From Oopsacas minuta (Eukaryota > Animalia > Porifera): DNA of 64,000 nt. This document shows positions 37,101 to 49,800 of the stretch, one piece after another; position 1 is the stretch's first letter, and every line of letters begins with the position of its first letter. The notes beneath the pieces were generated by a model that was not told where the DNA came from, made no database searches, and saw nothing but the letters and a program-made list of their open reading frames with translations. The translations under genes were made by a program, and so were the position numbers. The DNA lies in assembly GCA_024704765.1 (NCBI GenBank), contig JAKMXF010000111.1, forward strand, positions 1-64,000, written 5' to 3'.

Positions 37101-37511
37101 ACTTTCGAAGATCCCTCCGCTCCCAATTTCAGGATGTATTTGAGATTCATCCTCGCGGTTTTTCTCACCTTCATTGTCAATCGGTTGCTCCCATGTGTCT
37201 TCAATTTCCACCAGGTCTCTGCACAATACCATGTATTCACCTATCAATTGCTTAGGGAAGAAACCGTTCTTACCCCGAGATTCACCATACCACATTTCAT
37301 CACCCTCTTCATTTACTCCCATTTCTTTCATAAACACCCAAACCTTAACGTCACGTTCTAAGGGCAGTTCATCAGCTGCTTGGGGGGTGTACACACGGAA
37401 ACTCCGCCCTTGGGATATGACCTGTGAACAGTCGTGATTGCAGCATTTTTTCGCATGTAGGACGTGTAAAAGCGCGAGAATCGTAGCTAGTAACAAATAG
37501 GATATTCGCAT
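34176..37511 (-). CDS. MIA3: TANGO1/MIA3-like ER export receptor, single exon, 1111 aa
   Basis: Signal peptide, MIA-type SH3 (CCNHDCSQVISQGR...WYGESRGKNGFFPK), acidic lumenal region, TM (YGVFYITLYTAIPLLITHLYV), long coiled coils, proline-rich tail with PPP motifs. Confidence 0.9.
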   Translation of the reverse strand: MRISYLLLATILALLHVLHAKKCCNHDCSQVISQGRSFRVYTPQAADELPLERDVKVWVFMKEMGVNEEGDEMWYGESRGKNGFFPKQLIGEYMVLCRDLVEIEDTWEQPIDNEGEKNREDESQIHPEIGSGGIFESLRDNPEIPDTVNEWRLKSDPIETADFHAPDTEAMNNLKRQMDQEFLNRILEAEGVLRLDEIEPDRYSELLSDPSAARIILEAEEAARQPEVPSPPPPIDDLTPVETPLYEPEIVEEYVPPVEEYRETSHREDFTYETPDVYEEVTVPSEAHIDDGYREISNQEDHYDSEPEYESGSLDPFESSDSELSELETTDESVYADLNDPYREISQPETTDEYVHEHVDDPTLEISQPETTDEYVHEHVDDPTLEISQPETTDEFVHEVVDDPDREISQLEDAIEDNQQEIPIDQSPTELPSSEDIPHENSHPEEQHIEHENTKLFGFIPSPLGDIIRDYIHRYGVFYITLYTAIPLLITHLYVSRSSVRNEVVKQKILTVNHVKALEQKVATLQKDKKTLESKIAKNDTLKEANAASQEELISLKSNLGTCNQELESKSRYIMQLESESTQCNSELLSTQNALNDKCIEAERLGTLNSSAQEEILSLNSKMDIIHGQMRQVDTEKMTLQLRLDANIDSFAELKERLAKVEKNRDEVEREKASLQDELKQREVRISANSERIHTLEGEIDVLTNSLLKLQPQAVGKSQVTDTQVKTIFDTLTNTAKALSELEQVTIVKDKFELQNKFLSEDNVTLKARCEDLDDNLSCVKSSNILLKKQLGDSDTKLQVLNEYFNTKESELHRQLNESRNSQLLLEGKDHRSHDEIDSVRSEREGLKSEITELKQQHSQREKSLLEQIASLEKRVQENIYNSRRNEQEIRWRDREITELKRKLGESSLPSSQVESYLSPRSVSPSSQLSSNSDSEAKNDKNRQSPTQFSSAVPTLPNFTSGPPSRLDAPPIVTTAQVKPTPLPGYHPGFMPPPPNYYPPAPFPPMMPAFAPRQVMPQNMAHFNSPTVPMKHKPTPRPPVVTQDLNDTPTPGNIPPTSRSPPEYYAPSPPTLIDTPPNTETEYNGSLLDSQTRVNTHTPTQKEANAFLIDV
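36262..36490 (-). repeat. 63-bp (21-aa) coding tandem repeat in the MIA3 lumenal region
   Basis: EISQPETTDEYVHEHVDDPTL repeated about 3.5 times. Confidence 0.9.
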
Positions 37512-38227
37512 GGTTGTTGCACACTGCTAAATATATAAAATATCATATACACGTATAATTCTATCTTTATAATAGCTTACACTATAACATGAATATATGT
37601 GGGAAGCCACCGACTATCAATGTGGTTAATAATGCTGTATAACTTTATAATTAACTAAGTTAAGGTCAGTCATAATTGACTGAACACAGATTCTATGGTG
37701 CATTCCATACTGACAGATTGATAACCACGTATTTGTGGTTTCATAGGAAATGCATAAAAGTAATAATAATAAAGTGATTAATTAGCCATAAATGCTATAT
37801 TCAGCAACGCATTTTGTGATTAGTGAGAAATACGTAGAATCTATTCAATGTGCGTAACTACAAGCTTGATAAACTGTACAAGTGTCTACGCATAATATAC
37901 ACGGGGGCTGATCCAGGTCTGATATGTCAATACACAATATTAGATAAGAACTTGATAATCATAATTTATAAGGCTCTATAATGACCATATAAGGTAATAC
38001 TTATTATCACAATGGCTGCACAATTATATTGCAGTGTAACCACGCCCATTTATGGAGGCTATACTGTAACATGCAAATATGGATCCCCACTTTTCACAGT
38101 CATTCTACGGTCCTGTGGTGATAATTAGAAACCAGTGACGTAATTTGGAGAAACAGTGAATTAAGTGATGTGTACTAATCTAATAATATCTATCAATGCG
38201 ATACAAAACAATTGAAATATATCAAAA

Positions 38228-38638
38228 CTAAATCATCAGCTTCTCCATAGATAACTTAGACTCCTGTATCTGACTTTTGAGCTGTGAACCTTCTAAAACA
38301 ATCACAGAACATGCAACCACAGCCCGCGAAACTCCACAAGCCCTCCCAAGTGCTTCTTTAGACTGTATGAAGCAGTAAGGTATGTTCTTATCCTCACAGA
38401 GCAGTGGGAGGTGAAGAATTATCTCTAAGGGGTCACAGTCAGCAGCCATTATAATGAACTCTGCTTGACCTCTGTTTAGACTCTTGGTAGCTTCATTCGC
38501 CCCTCTCTTCAGCTGTTTATAATTGTTGCTTTGCTCTACCAGCTGTAATAACTTTAAGGTAAGGTCAGGGGGAGCTAGTGGAAATGCTTTCTGGTTGATT
38601 TCTGGGGCTTCTGAGCCAGTATCCATTTTCATAGCCAT
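38228..38638 (-). CDS. SNU13: 15.5K/SNU13 U4/U6 and box C/D RNP protein, intronless
   Basis: [10 protein letters not shown]...[18 protein letters not shown]...[25 protein letters not shown]...[13 protein letters not shown]. Confidence 0.97.
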   Translation of the reverse strand: MAMKMDTGSEAPEINQKAFPLAPPDLTLKLLQLVEQSNNYKQLKRGANEATKSLNRGQAEFIIMAADCDPLEIILHLPLLCEDKNIPYCFIQSKEALGRACGVSRAVVACSVIVLEGSQLKSQIQESKLSMEKLMI

Positions 38639-38690
38639 TTAGCTTCAATATAGTGATAGACTTTAAAGGGCCGATTTGCCGGACAAATAA

Positions 38691-39015
38691 GGCCACTGTT
38701 AATGAGAAACTTGTTTCAGCTACACATGATCTCAATCTAAGCATGCGCGTTTCTATACTTACCAACCCATTATTATAATTTCCCGGATGCTATCTGATAA
38801 ATTACAAGATTTTCAAGTATTTCCGGGATTTCCAAGTTTGCGTCCATAAATAGCAATTCACTTTTATGGGGAATAAGTCATATAAATTTGCAAATATTTC
38901 CTTATTTCTCAAATCCTTTCCTGGCTAATTCACGAGTCTGGGAGGGTAGGCAAGTATGCAATCTAAACTTGATGCGGGCGGTGGAGCTGAAACAATATTC
39001 CACAAAACAGCGTCC
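38691..39015. mobile_element. MITE family 5, PIF/Harbinger (Tourist-like), upstream of SNU13
   Basis: taa|ggccactgttaatgagaaacttgtttcagct...agctgaaacaatattccacaaaacagcgtcc|taa: TAA TSD and GGC-starting TIRs. Confidence 0.8.
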
Positions 39016-39148
39016 TAAAATATCCTAATTGAAAGATATGTATATTAAACAAATTTATACAAACAAATGAGCACAAACAAATATGAACTCTTATACTGTA
39101 TCAGAATATTTCACAACAAAAGTTCAAGTGACAAAAAGCGCGATGTTC

Positions 39149-42100
39149 CTATTGTGGTGCGTGTATAACTTGAGTCTCTCCATACATCAAAATACAAGGT
39201 GGAAATTCGTCAGTCATAGTTGCTAAATTCTGTAAATACTCAGAGTATGATTCTACATCTGCCGGAGGCTTTGAGAGGTAACAAAATACAACTTTTGTGT
39301 TAAACAATCGATCCCTTATTGTCCTATTTAACCATTTATAAGGGTGTGCTGATAGATATTCTGGTGACGTATGTGTGTCATTCTCAGCTGTCGTGGTGTC
39401 GATAGAACCAAGTGGTGTGGTAGTAAGAACTACTTCAACTCTAGCGTGAATACGTAACTCTTCAATCGCGCTTTTTAACACTTTTAACCGTATTATCCCT
39501 TGATCATGTGATTGTGAACAAGTAAATACACGTAGTTTAGCGTTTTTCCAACCAGGGACCATCTGCATAATACAAGCAAACTGTAGCATAATTAACTGTG
39601 TATCATCCAGATCTCCTTGTATTAACACGTCTTGGACTATGGATTCAGGACTGACTAGCCATATGTCTATGTAGAAAGCTGATTGGAAGAGACTGCGAGA
39701 TATTTTCTCCATCTATAATGTAAAAATTACCATTTATGCCATGGATAAGTAAGATATTTCATAGTAATTAGATCCACAATTTTCACCATGGATAACATTC
39801 ACATATTTTGACCTACTATGTGTTAACAGATGATGTGTCAACAAAGTTCATGTCGTGTTCAGGGCAACACTGTCCACGCTATAACATTTCAAGACTTGTA
39901 GTTCCCAGTCCATTTATCCATGGTACGAATAATATTATGATAAGACTCTATATAAATATCCTTACTTTAGAGAAGTATCTTGTAATACAAACATTCTTTC
40001 CAAGTCTGAGAGCATCATTAATAAGCTGTACATACTCGATCTCTGTAAAATCTTTGTACAGTTCTACCTCATCCTTCATGGGTAGAAAAGTGTCCATTAG
40101 GTAAGAGAGTTTAGGATCTTTATCTAGTTTTTCTTTCTTTATAAGAGAATATAGAGCGTCATGTTGTGGTTGATCGTCGTAGAAGCCGAATACGATTGTG
40201 TTTGGCTTCATTCCTCCTAGTCCAGACACCTGTATATACAAGGGAATAATACAAACAAACAAACAAACAAACAAACAAAAAACAAACCTGTATAAGAGTA
40301 GCAATAGCATGTGACATTGACGGAGATATAGTAACCTCAACAAATGCCTTTACTTTAGCTAAATCCACTAATTTAAGCCAGGCCTGATAAGTAGTATTAT
40401 AATTACCAACTAATACGTCATCTTCCATAGATCCCTTCAGAACATGACCGAGTATAAATAAACCAGATTTCTTCATTTGATTCATAAATTGTATTTGTTG
40501 TACAGAAGCTCGAGGATTGGATACGAGCAGTAGGAGCTGAGGACGCCAATACTTTACATGATCTTTTCTGATATCCAGCATAAGTAAGTACTTCCTCACC
40601 TAATAGATAGAATAATAGCACAAGAGTGCTGTATTACCATATAAGAAATTTATAAGAGCTCTATATTACCATGTTAGGAATTGCATAAGAGTTCCATATT
40701 TCCGTATAAGGAATTGTATAAGAGCTCTATATTACCGTATAAGGAATTGTATAAGAGCTCTAACTCAAATAATACAGTCAACTAACCTGATGGAATATGA
40801 GGGCTTGTGTAATATCTCCCCAAGAAGTAGGAGTTTTCCTGTAATGTATAATAACTATGAGAGTTAAATACAGTACAATAGCTATACCAGCGTATAATGG
40901 GTTTACAACAAACATCATTATCACACACGCTAAGAAACCGAGCAGAGCTGTTGTCCAGTGGAAATACTTGAATGTAGGACGGAAATTAGGAGCAGAAGCC
41001 CATTCTAACGCAAGGCAGGATAGATTAACGTTAGCATAGGAAAGTAGAAATAGAATAGAAACCAGAGGAGCAATAGTATTCAGTTTACCAGCAAACAGAA
41101 CTAACTGAGCTATGAACCAGGATAGAAACACAGCTGGTATTGGGTTACCACCTTTAGTAGCCCAGCTGAATGGTTTCAATAAAATACCAAAAATATCGTC
41201 CTTAGCAACCGCCCAAAGAATGCGAGTAGATCCAATAAAGTTGGACAGAGAAGCAGACATAGTAACGACAATAATTCCAACAACCACAAGCGGTGGGAGG
41301 TAATTAATATGGACCATATAAGCATAGTCGTAATGCAGCATAGTGCGATGACAAGTGTATGCGGTTAAAAATGCTACAATCAAGTAAACTAAGAAAGTGA
41401 AACCAACGGCTTGTAGGGTACCCTGGGGAATGGATTTACTGGGGTTCTTCAGATCACCGCTCATATTAGCGCCTGCCATTATACCAGTACATCCGTTGAA
41501 TAAAATCGCGAAAATAGTGGCGAATGTCTGAATGGTTCCAGTTGTAATATCCGTTGTATAATGTGATAGGAAATTTTGCCACATAATTTCATTAGAAAAC
41601 CCGAAAAAGAATAGAGTATGGTTTTCTATTGGACCATTAGGTAAAGTTACTTGTATATTATAGTCCCTAGGTGGATGCCAGAAACTGATAATAACCGCGA
41701 GTAATGATACCATTACGATTATGAATATTAACAGTGTGGTTTTCGCGAACATTCCGGCGCCAACTACGCATACAATTAATCCTATACCTAGTGTTAAAGT
41801 GCCGTATAAATAATCCCAAAGATAACTGCTGGGTAACGTGTAGGTGAGAGAATCCGCGAATGTACCAGAAGCACCGAAATTATTAATCAAAACTTCTTTC
41901 AAACCAATTACGTACAAAGCGCAGCCGAAAACATTCGCGATATAGAATAGTAAACCGATAGCTCCTCCTAGCTCTGGTCCTAGAAAAATAGAACAAAAAT
42001 TAGGCTACTGTTAGTTGTTAGTTGTATCTTCACAGACTCCCTCTAAGACACTCAATACGAGCGTAACGGACAGTCAGAATTGTTCGTATTAACCAGAGTA

Positions 42101-42656
42101 ATACAAATTAACCTAAAGATTATAATTATCACTAACAGAGCCTTATATACATACCTAGAGCTCTGCTAATCATATAATAAGCTCCTCCAGCTTTTATAAC
42201 CTCATTAGTAGATATAGCACTAAGACTCAATACTGTCAATGCTGTTACAAGATAAGCAAGCATCAACATGCCTACTGTCTGTAGCAGGCCAGCTTGACCT
42301 ACTACCATCCCAATTCTAAGAAATAGAATAACAGAGAACATGCTTAAAGTGCATGGGACTATTACGCCAGTAAATGTTGAGAGTTTCGTAGGCCCTGATT
42401 TGAATACTTTCCTGTACGCCCAAACTATCCCTTTGCAACAGAAATTCCGTTCTGATTCCTGGTCCATCTTATACAATCCATCAGGTGTAATCTCAGGCGC
42501 CAATACAGTGCTTGTTATGAGTGAACCTTCATATCCATCTTCACTCTTGCCTCGGTAATAAGAGTAGTTAGGATGTCCAACTGTGTGAGCTCGCGGGGCC
42601 TCGACCAGTGGCTGTGACTCCAAATCCGGATTGTGTAATATATTGTCATGATTCAT
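39149..42656 (-). CDS. SLC12A9: Cation-chloride cotransporter family member 9 (CIP1)
   Basis: LSTFTGVIVPCTLSMFSVILFLR, GGAYYMISRALG, FNGCTGIMAGANMSGDL, ASAPNFRPTF, KDHVKYWRPQLL, GLGGMKPNT; about 5 exons. Confidence 0.93.
40251..40287. repeat. (CAAA)n / (TTTG)n microsatellite forming most of a 58-nt SLC12A9 intron
   Basis: Intron 40287-40230. Similar AAAC runs occur in introns near 13900, 16800, 21345, 28425, 30760 and 58735. Confidence 0.85.
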
Positions 42657-43881
42657 AAGGAGTACTACAAATATTGAACATTATAGGAGTACATTAAACG
42701 CTACAAACGGGGAATTTCTGGAAACGAAGTGAAAATAAATAGAGCGAATTCCAAGTCCCATACAAATGAATCTCCACAATCTGCGAATTTGGCAGAATCG
42801 GGGAAATGGGGTAGCAATTTTCGGCGTAAGAAAAAAAGAAAAATTTTGTTGTAAATGCAGACGCCTCTGCTAACCCGTTTGTGGAGGTTACATAGATGAT
42901 AAGTACTAGTTAGATTAGCATAACTATGAATAAATATATAGCATTTACGGAGTGGAGGTTGGCTTCCTGACTCATTCAACTAAACTTTATATTTTCTACT
43001 GTGTCAGCCATTTGTATATTAATAATTATGCCTAAACTTATGATTTCAGATATATTAAGCACTTTCAGAATTAGGAATTTGGGATAGGATTCCTATTTGT
43101 ATAGTTTGTAGGAGTGTAATGAATTGATTTTCCTAAAGATTTTGTTAGTACCTCACTGAATAGTGTATGTAAGCAGCAGATGGCAGTTAGTATAATGGCC
43201 TCAATCTGTAATAGGAATTATATTGCTACTTAAGTGCCCGTTATATCGAAGCTCAAGGGACTACGATAAATCCTTCGATACTCCTGATGAAACGAACTCT
43301 ACTTTGACGATTTGGGGCCGTATTTATACAATTTAAGACTTTTTTGATATAACTTGAGTTGACTGAAGGTAAATAAGCTAGTTAATCCATGGTTAAATAT
43401 AGCAAATTTGGCCTGAATTTACAAGGCTTTTCCTTTTGGAGATAAGAGCTATTAGATTCATATTTTGTCCAATAATATCAACACATTTCTTGTACAGAGA
43501 GATGAAATTATATGGGAGCTTGGGAAATATTGGCTGGTTCTCAACCATTTTGCCAATTTTACCACATTCTGTGGACCCCTCCAATATACTGCAATGCAAA
43601 GGTGAGACCCTGTGAACCACCAGGGAGCCAATGGACCCCTGATAGGACCGAAAAATATTCATATATAAATATTAAAAATGAAATAATTTAATACAAAACA
43701 ACCAATAATGCAATGCAATGCATGCCAGTAATTACAATAAATAAATAGAACACAGATGAGATGGAAGTAGTTACACAGTAAAATAAATATAACTATAAGC
43801 GCAATACTGAGAGAGGGAAATATATATACAATGACGGTCAGGAATTATTTATGTACAAGTAATTACAATTCATCCATTCTG

Positions 43882-46800
43882 TCACACAAGGGTAGTTTTG
43901 AGCGATGTTTCACTGGTCGAGGTAGCGTTAAGCTACCATGAATATTTGGTGTTTGTATTTTCGAGTTATTATTGTTGTTGACCGAATAGCTGTCATCATA
44001 TGACATTAATTGAGAGGAATTGGATGATGATGAAGATGACATATGACGTGTGGGGGATATTTTAGTTTGGGAGTATTTAGCATTAGGTCTTGGGAGTACT
44101 GATGAGTATTCTAATGAACTAGGATTACTGAGTTTAGGACTGTTAATTGAATCTCTTGCGTCTAGTCGCTTTATAAGACGATCTTTCTTCTTGTTGACTT
44201 GCTCTAGAATGCTTAATTCGTCTAAGATAGATAAAGATATAAAGGTTAGTATGCTTGCGACCCCTCTCTGAATTTCACTTCGTATTCAGCGAAAATTTAG
44301 CTACTATAGCCATAAAGTGTTTGTTGGTTATAAGAACTCGCAATATATGCTCTTATAAACAGCACATATAGTAAACAAATTTCAAAATTGAGGTAGAATC
44401 AGCTTTCAATGACTATGCTGGGGTAATCGAGTATTCTGAGTCTGAATATTGTAAACAACATCAATATTTTAAAATCTCAATTGTTGTTTGTCTGTTGAAT
44501 ACCTCGAGTCGCAATGCGACGAGCCAAAGGCTCGTTAACTTAGTAAAATGCACACTAAGCGAGAAATTTGTTGTCAGCCAAAATCACCACTGGCAACAAA
44601 TGTATCCATTAGTTTGCATGTAAATAATTTCGCCTCATAAAATATACAGGAATATACGAGAAATGTATTCCAGATGATGGTTCTTATAACCAGCATCCAC
44701 TGTATTTGTGGAATTTTCGGGTGAAGTAGGGGAAAGAAATGTGTAACAAATTGATAAGATTAAATTGTTATATAGCATAACCTCCACAAACGGAGCAGGG
44801 ACGCTGGAGAATGCTACCTCATCGCCCAGCTTCTGCGAAATTCCCCATTTGTGTGGGACTAACTCGCTCTTGCTATTTCACTCCGTTTTCAGAAGGTTAC
44901 ACTGTATTCCAATTACTAACCTTTAAGCCCTGCTATTTCTCTACTCAATGCATTAATAAGCTCCTTATCTTCCTGATTAGAAGGTGCGGGTGGTGAAGCA
45001 GCAGAATTTCCATTACCATTCATTTTATAATGCTCTAATTCTCTCTTAAGAGGATCTACCTGCAAGGCTTTCATCTCAAAGGTACGTAGTCTCTCTATCT
45101 CTGCATTTTGGTGTTCTATCTTAGAGGTTAAGCTTTCCTTTGTTGTTATATATTTCTCCTTTTGGTTTTTGAGTTCTTTATCTAGATTACTGTATCGTGA
45201 AATCTACAAATACAAAATTAGCTAAGAATTAAGGTTGAAACTTGGTGGTAAAGTGTCTACAATGTATGACAGCCTCTTTGTAAGGAATACAACCATTCTC
45301 TTCGTATATCAGCTAGGAATACTTAAGAAATAAGTGTTGGCATATACTGGCAGAATTTTAATGCTCTAATATTGCGTAATCACTAGATTGCAGAATTATA
45401 GCTTATCAAATCTGTTAAAGTAATTGTCTAGCCTAGCAAAATAGATGGTTAGATAACGAATATGAGTAATGCTTGAGTATTAGCAGTACACACACACAGG
45501 AAATATCAGTATTTTACTTGAAAGATATCAATGGAATAATTTGAAATATCCAGAGAATTATTAGCAAACTTCTGTGTCTATTCTGACAAATAATACAACT
45601 AAAATTGCGATTTATGGATGCAAAACTTGGAATTTCCAAGCAATCTTTCAAAAATCTCGCATATTATTATAGCAGTTGTTTGAAATATAGGGATGTGTTT
45701 TCAGGCTAGCAGGCTAGCACTGTAGTTATTATTTAAAGCAAAAAACCTGTTCACTTAGTTCTTTAAATGCTTCCCTCATCTCTTTTTCAGTATCCTCAGC
45801 TTTCTTCTTTTCATCAGTAGCTCTCTCTCTCTGACAAATAAGTCTATCAACATCATTCCTACTCTTCTGGTAATCTAATTTCAATTTCTCATTTCGTATT
45901 TGAAAAGCATCAACCTGCTCGAGAGCTTCACGTAAATCCTATCAATATAATAAGAAATTCAAACCCTGCAGTAACATATTTAATTATACAATAACACCCA
46001 CTGTACATAAATGACCTATAAACACGTCTCGTAAACTGATAATATACTGACAATATTGAATTGATTAAAAATACGACAGACAATTTCTGGAATATTTGTA
46101 AAAGGAAAATTAATATTTGTTGGGTAATTAGAACCCAATAAATGCAAATAATAATTAAGTTGATGTTCCACATAATTACACACATGCTTTCCAATATGCC
46201 CTGTCTATAAACGTAGGCAGTAAATGGTAATAAGATCTATATAATTATCACAGTAATGGCAGGATCATTGTACCCAGTCTATACGTATTACCTTGAATAA
46301 CTGTTGGGGCATTTCGTCAATATTATTACTCAAGTGTCTGTTGCGGCAGTTAAATATTCATAAAATGAGATTATAGTTTACGACAGTGGAATAGTAGTGA
46401 TATTAATTTATAATCAAGGGAATAAGATTACTGTAATGAAGCAGTTCTCAACCTTATTCACCCGTGTACCCTCTATACCATTTTAAACCATTCTGTGGAT
46501 ATTATCCCACATAGATTGCAATACAAATTTGAGATCCAATGGACCACTGGCTGTCGATCGTGGAACGCCAAGGGGTTGTTGGGTGGTCCACGGATGACAA
46601 TAAATTCGACGGTCTGGGACCATCTTTGTACTATTCAAACTTCGATATAAAAGGGTATTTCAATATATCAGTAGTTAGCTGTAATAAACTCACATCTCTC
46701 GTATAACTAAGCTCTAATTCCAATTGCATAACTTTATCATTAGAATCTACAGTAACATGTTGATCAGGAGCACACCATTGAGAGAACAGAGACTCAGTAC

Positions 46801-49800
46801 TAAGAGATTCCTTGTGAATTCTCCTATACTTATTCTCTAAAACAGATAACTGATTCTGTAGCAAAACAGCCTCTTCTTCGATATTAGAAGATTCAGTGGG
46901 TAGAGCTCTTGATTGCTCCAACTCTGTTAATTGTTTGCGTAGTATCATGACGTCATTAGAGCACTCCTGTAACTACATAATTAAGAGATAAAGAAGCAGA
47001 AATTTGCATGAACGTAATAAATGTGAATTCCAGATAATTAGACAAGATACGCCCAAACCTCCTGCTCCAAATGTAAATTTCATATACTTACATCAGTAAT
47101 ATTCATAATGTAAGTCCTCCCTAAAAATTCTAATAAATATCATATCAGGCCATTCTTTACCAAATTAACGTGGTGTCAGGGACGCTGATAAATGCTACAT
47201 TGACACGAATGTCTATATTTTCACTCCGTTTCCACAGGCCCCGTTCATGTAGGTTACATTGTATTAACTTAACTGCCAAATACCTTGTCTTGTAGTTCAG
47301 TATTATTCATAACCAATTCATCCATCTCTTTATTATGATCCATTATGAAAGTCTCTCTGTCCACAACGAATTGATTTTCAATCTCATCTCTACTTCTTAT
47401 GGCCTTCTCAAGCTCCATGGTTAGGTCTTTGGTACACTGATCCAACTGGTGTATTTGCTGTTCTCTAGTCGTTACCATTTCTTTAAGCTGACGTCTATAT
47501 GGTTAGATGATTACGATAAAAATAGTCACTCCAATGTGCGTATTAGCGATTCAACCATGGATTGTGGATTTCGTATATTTAATGTTAGTCAACTCTCGTT
47601 ATATCGGAGCTCAAGGGACGGCGATAATTACAACCGATGAAGTATATGTTACCCTCCAAGGTTAAATAACTAATAAATATATAGGCTTACCGTTGTTCTT
47701 GTAGCCTCTTAATCCGCTCTAAATCAGCAGAAGGAGAGGGTGTAGGAGAAGAAGTAGTATTACCATCACTAACAGGTCTAGATGGTGAGAACGGAGAATT
47801 AACATCTAGAGACGATTGTCTAATTGTTTGTTCCACAGAATTTACTCTCTCTAAGCTCAGCTGTTTATCTGATTGTTGAGGAGTTTGCTGTTGCTGGAGT
47901 TCTTTCTCTAGCTCGCGTACTTTACGTGCCTAATTAAAATCCATAGTAATCGAGTATGGTAGTATCCGTCTATTAGCAAGTTATTTCAGGGATCACTTTC
48001 AAGTATTTACTGATTATTATTTTTCGCAATTATTGACAGATTTTAGAAGTTTTACAACTTTCCATTAACACCAATATTCGTGTGAATACTCGTTAATGCA
48101 AATATATAAATTCTTTCTTGCAAAAGTCGCATTTGTTTACACTAAAACACCTGTAAGGGTGGCGTATTGTTTGTCTAATCAGCTGATAAGTTTATTGTGA
48201 TTCTTTGTTCTGCTGTATACACCTGGCGGTGCTCAAAATTTCGCGAATACTGCTTATGTATTAATTTGATTTTCCATTAAATTAGATACAAATCTGGACA
48301 GTTTCTATAATTTATTATCATGGCTTGTTACTTTTATAACATTATCACTAGAATGAAGTTCGCCAACATACGCCCCTGAACTGCTGGCTATATTTAAGCC
48401 TCTGTAAAATATATACTTACCAACTCAATTTCCCGAGTAGACACAACCTTCGGAGCAAGAATAGGATTATATCCACTACCATGAGCTTCACTAAACTTGC
48501 TAACAGTCAGTAGTTGTTTCTCTAACATTTCTCTTTCATTATCTAATCTCAGAACCTTGCTATTGAGGACATTAACAGCACTCTCTTTATCCTGTGCATA
48601 TGACTGTAGAGCTCTATAACGCTTGTATTCTTCTGCTGAGTCGTGTTTAGCTGCTTCATTCAATTCCTTTATTATCTGGTACATACGTATATAAAACTAC
48701 TGTAGAATTCGGATAAGATGTATTAGGTTTTGTCCCCTTTTAGGCTATGTTCCTAAACTTCTTGTCAAATATTTCCCTATTTAATACTCACCAAGTACCA
48801 ACCCCCAACCAGATGTCATAAAAACCAGTGAATCGTATGTCAAACCTCCAAAAGTGAACACCTCTCGTATGTGAACATTTTGGCTGGTCCCCAGGGTGTT
48901 TACTTACTGAATGTTTTTACTGTATATATTTAGATGGCAACATATTTTCCCATACAAAATACACTATAACTACCTTCTCCTGATTATAATGTAGAAACTT
49001 AATAGTATTAGCTTTCTCTAAATCAGAATTACGTATAGCAGATACACGTTCTTGTAGATTCTCCTTCTCTTTACTGAGTAGATTAATTTCTTTAGTTAGA
49101 CTATTCTCTCTGTGTTTAGATTCTTCCTGTATCTGTTTGAATAGAGTTCTGTATTTCTCTTCTGAGTTAGCTTTAGCAATCCTTATAGCGTTATCTCTCT
49201 CATAATCTAGCAAAGCATATAGTAAATACGGTAAAAAAATAAGTACTATCCGAGTGTCTGTCTTATCCAAAATAGACATTGTAAATGAATGGAAAGTAAA
49301 TTTTTGATTTGACAAAAGAAGTAAGTTTTAAAGTTCTACCGCAAACAAATAAATATTTATTAGACTACTATAGTCAGCTGTCTAATAAGGATTTGTCAGA
49401 CAATAGTATGAGTAATCAATGAATGTTTGCTTAACCAGTTAGACAAAACAACTGTTAATTACCTGATTTTTCTCGTAATTATATTCTACAGCGTAGACAA
49501 TAGACAATTAATTATGTTATCAATCATAAAATCGGTAGATTGGAATGTCGTATTCATTAATTCATTAATTTAAGGTAAGGCATCAGTATAATAATATTTA
49601 GCTGATATGGAGAAATATGCCAAATGATTTTATGCAAATATTTATAGCAGGGGCGGGTCTAGAGAGGGGTAGTGAGGTTGCACTCCCACCTGGAATTCCT
49701 ATAACCAGAGCTTGTGGACCCCTTGGTAGTCCACGGACGACAGCAGGGGTCCACAGAATGTGTTATAGGGTTCAACCTGTGAAAAGGTTGGGAACCGCTG

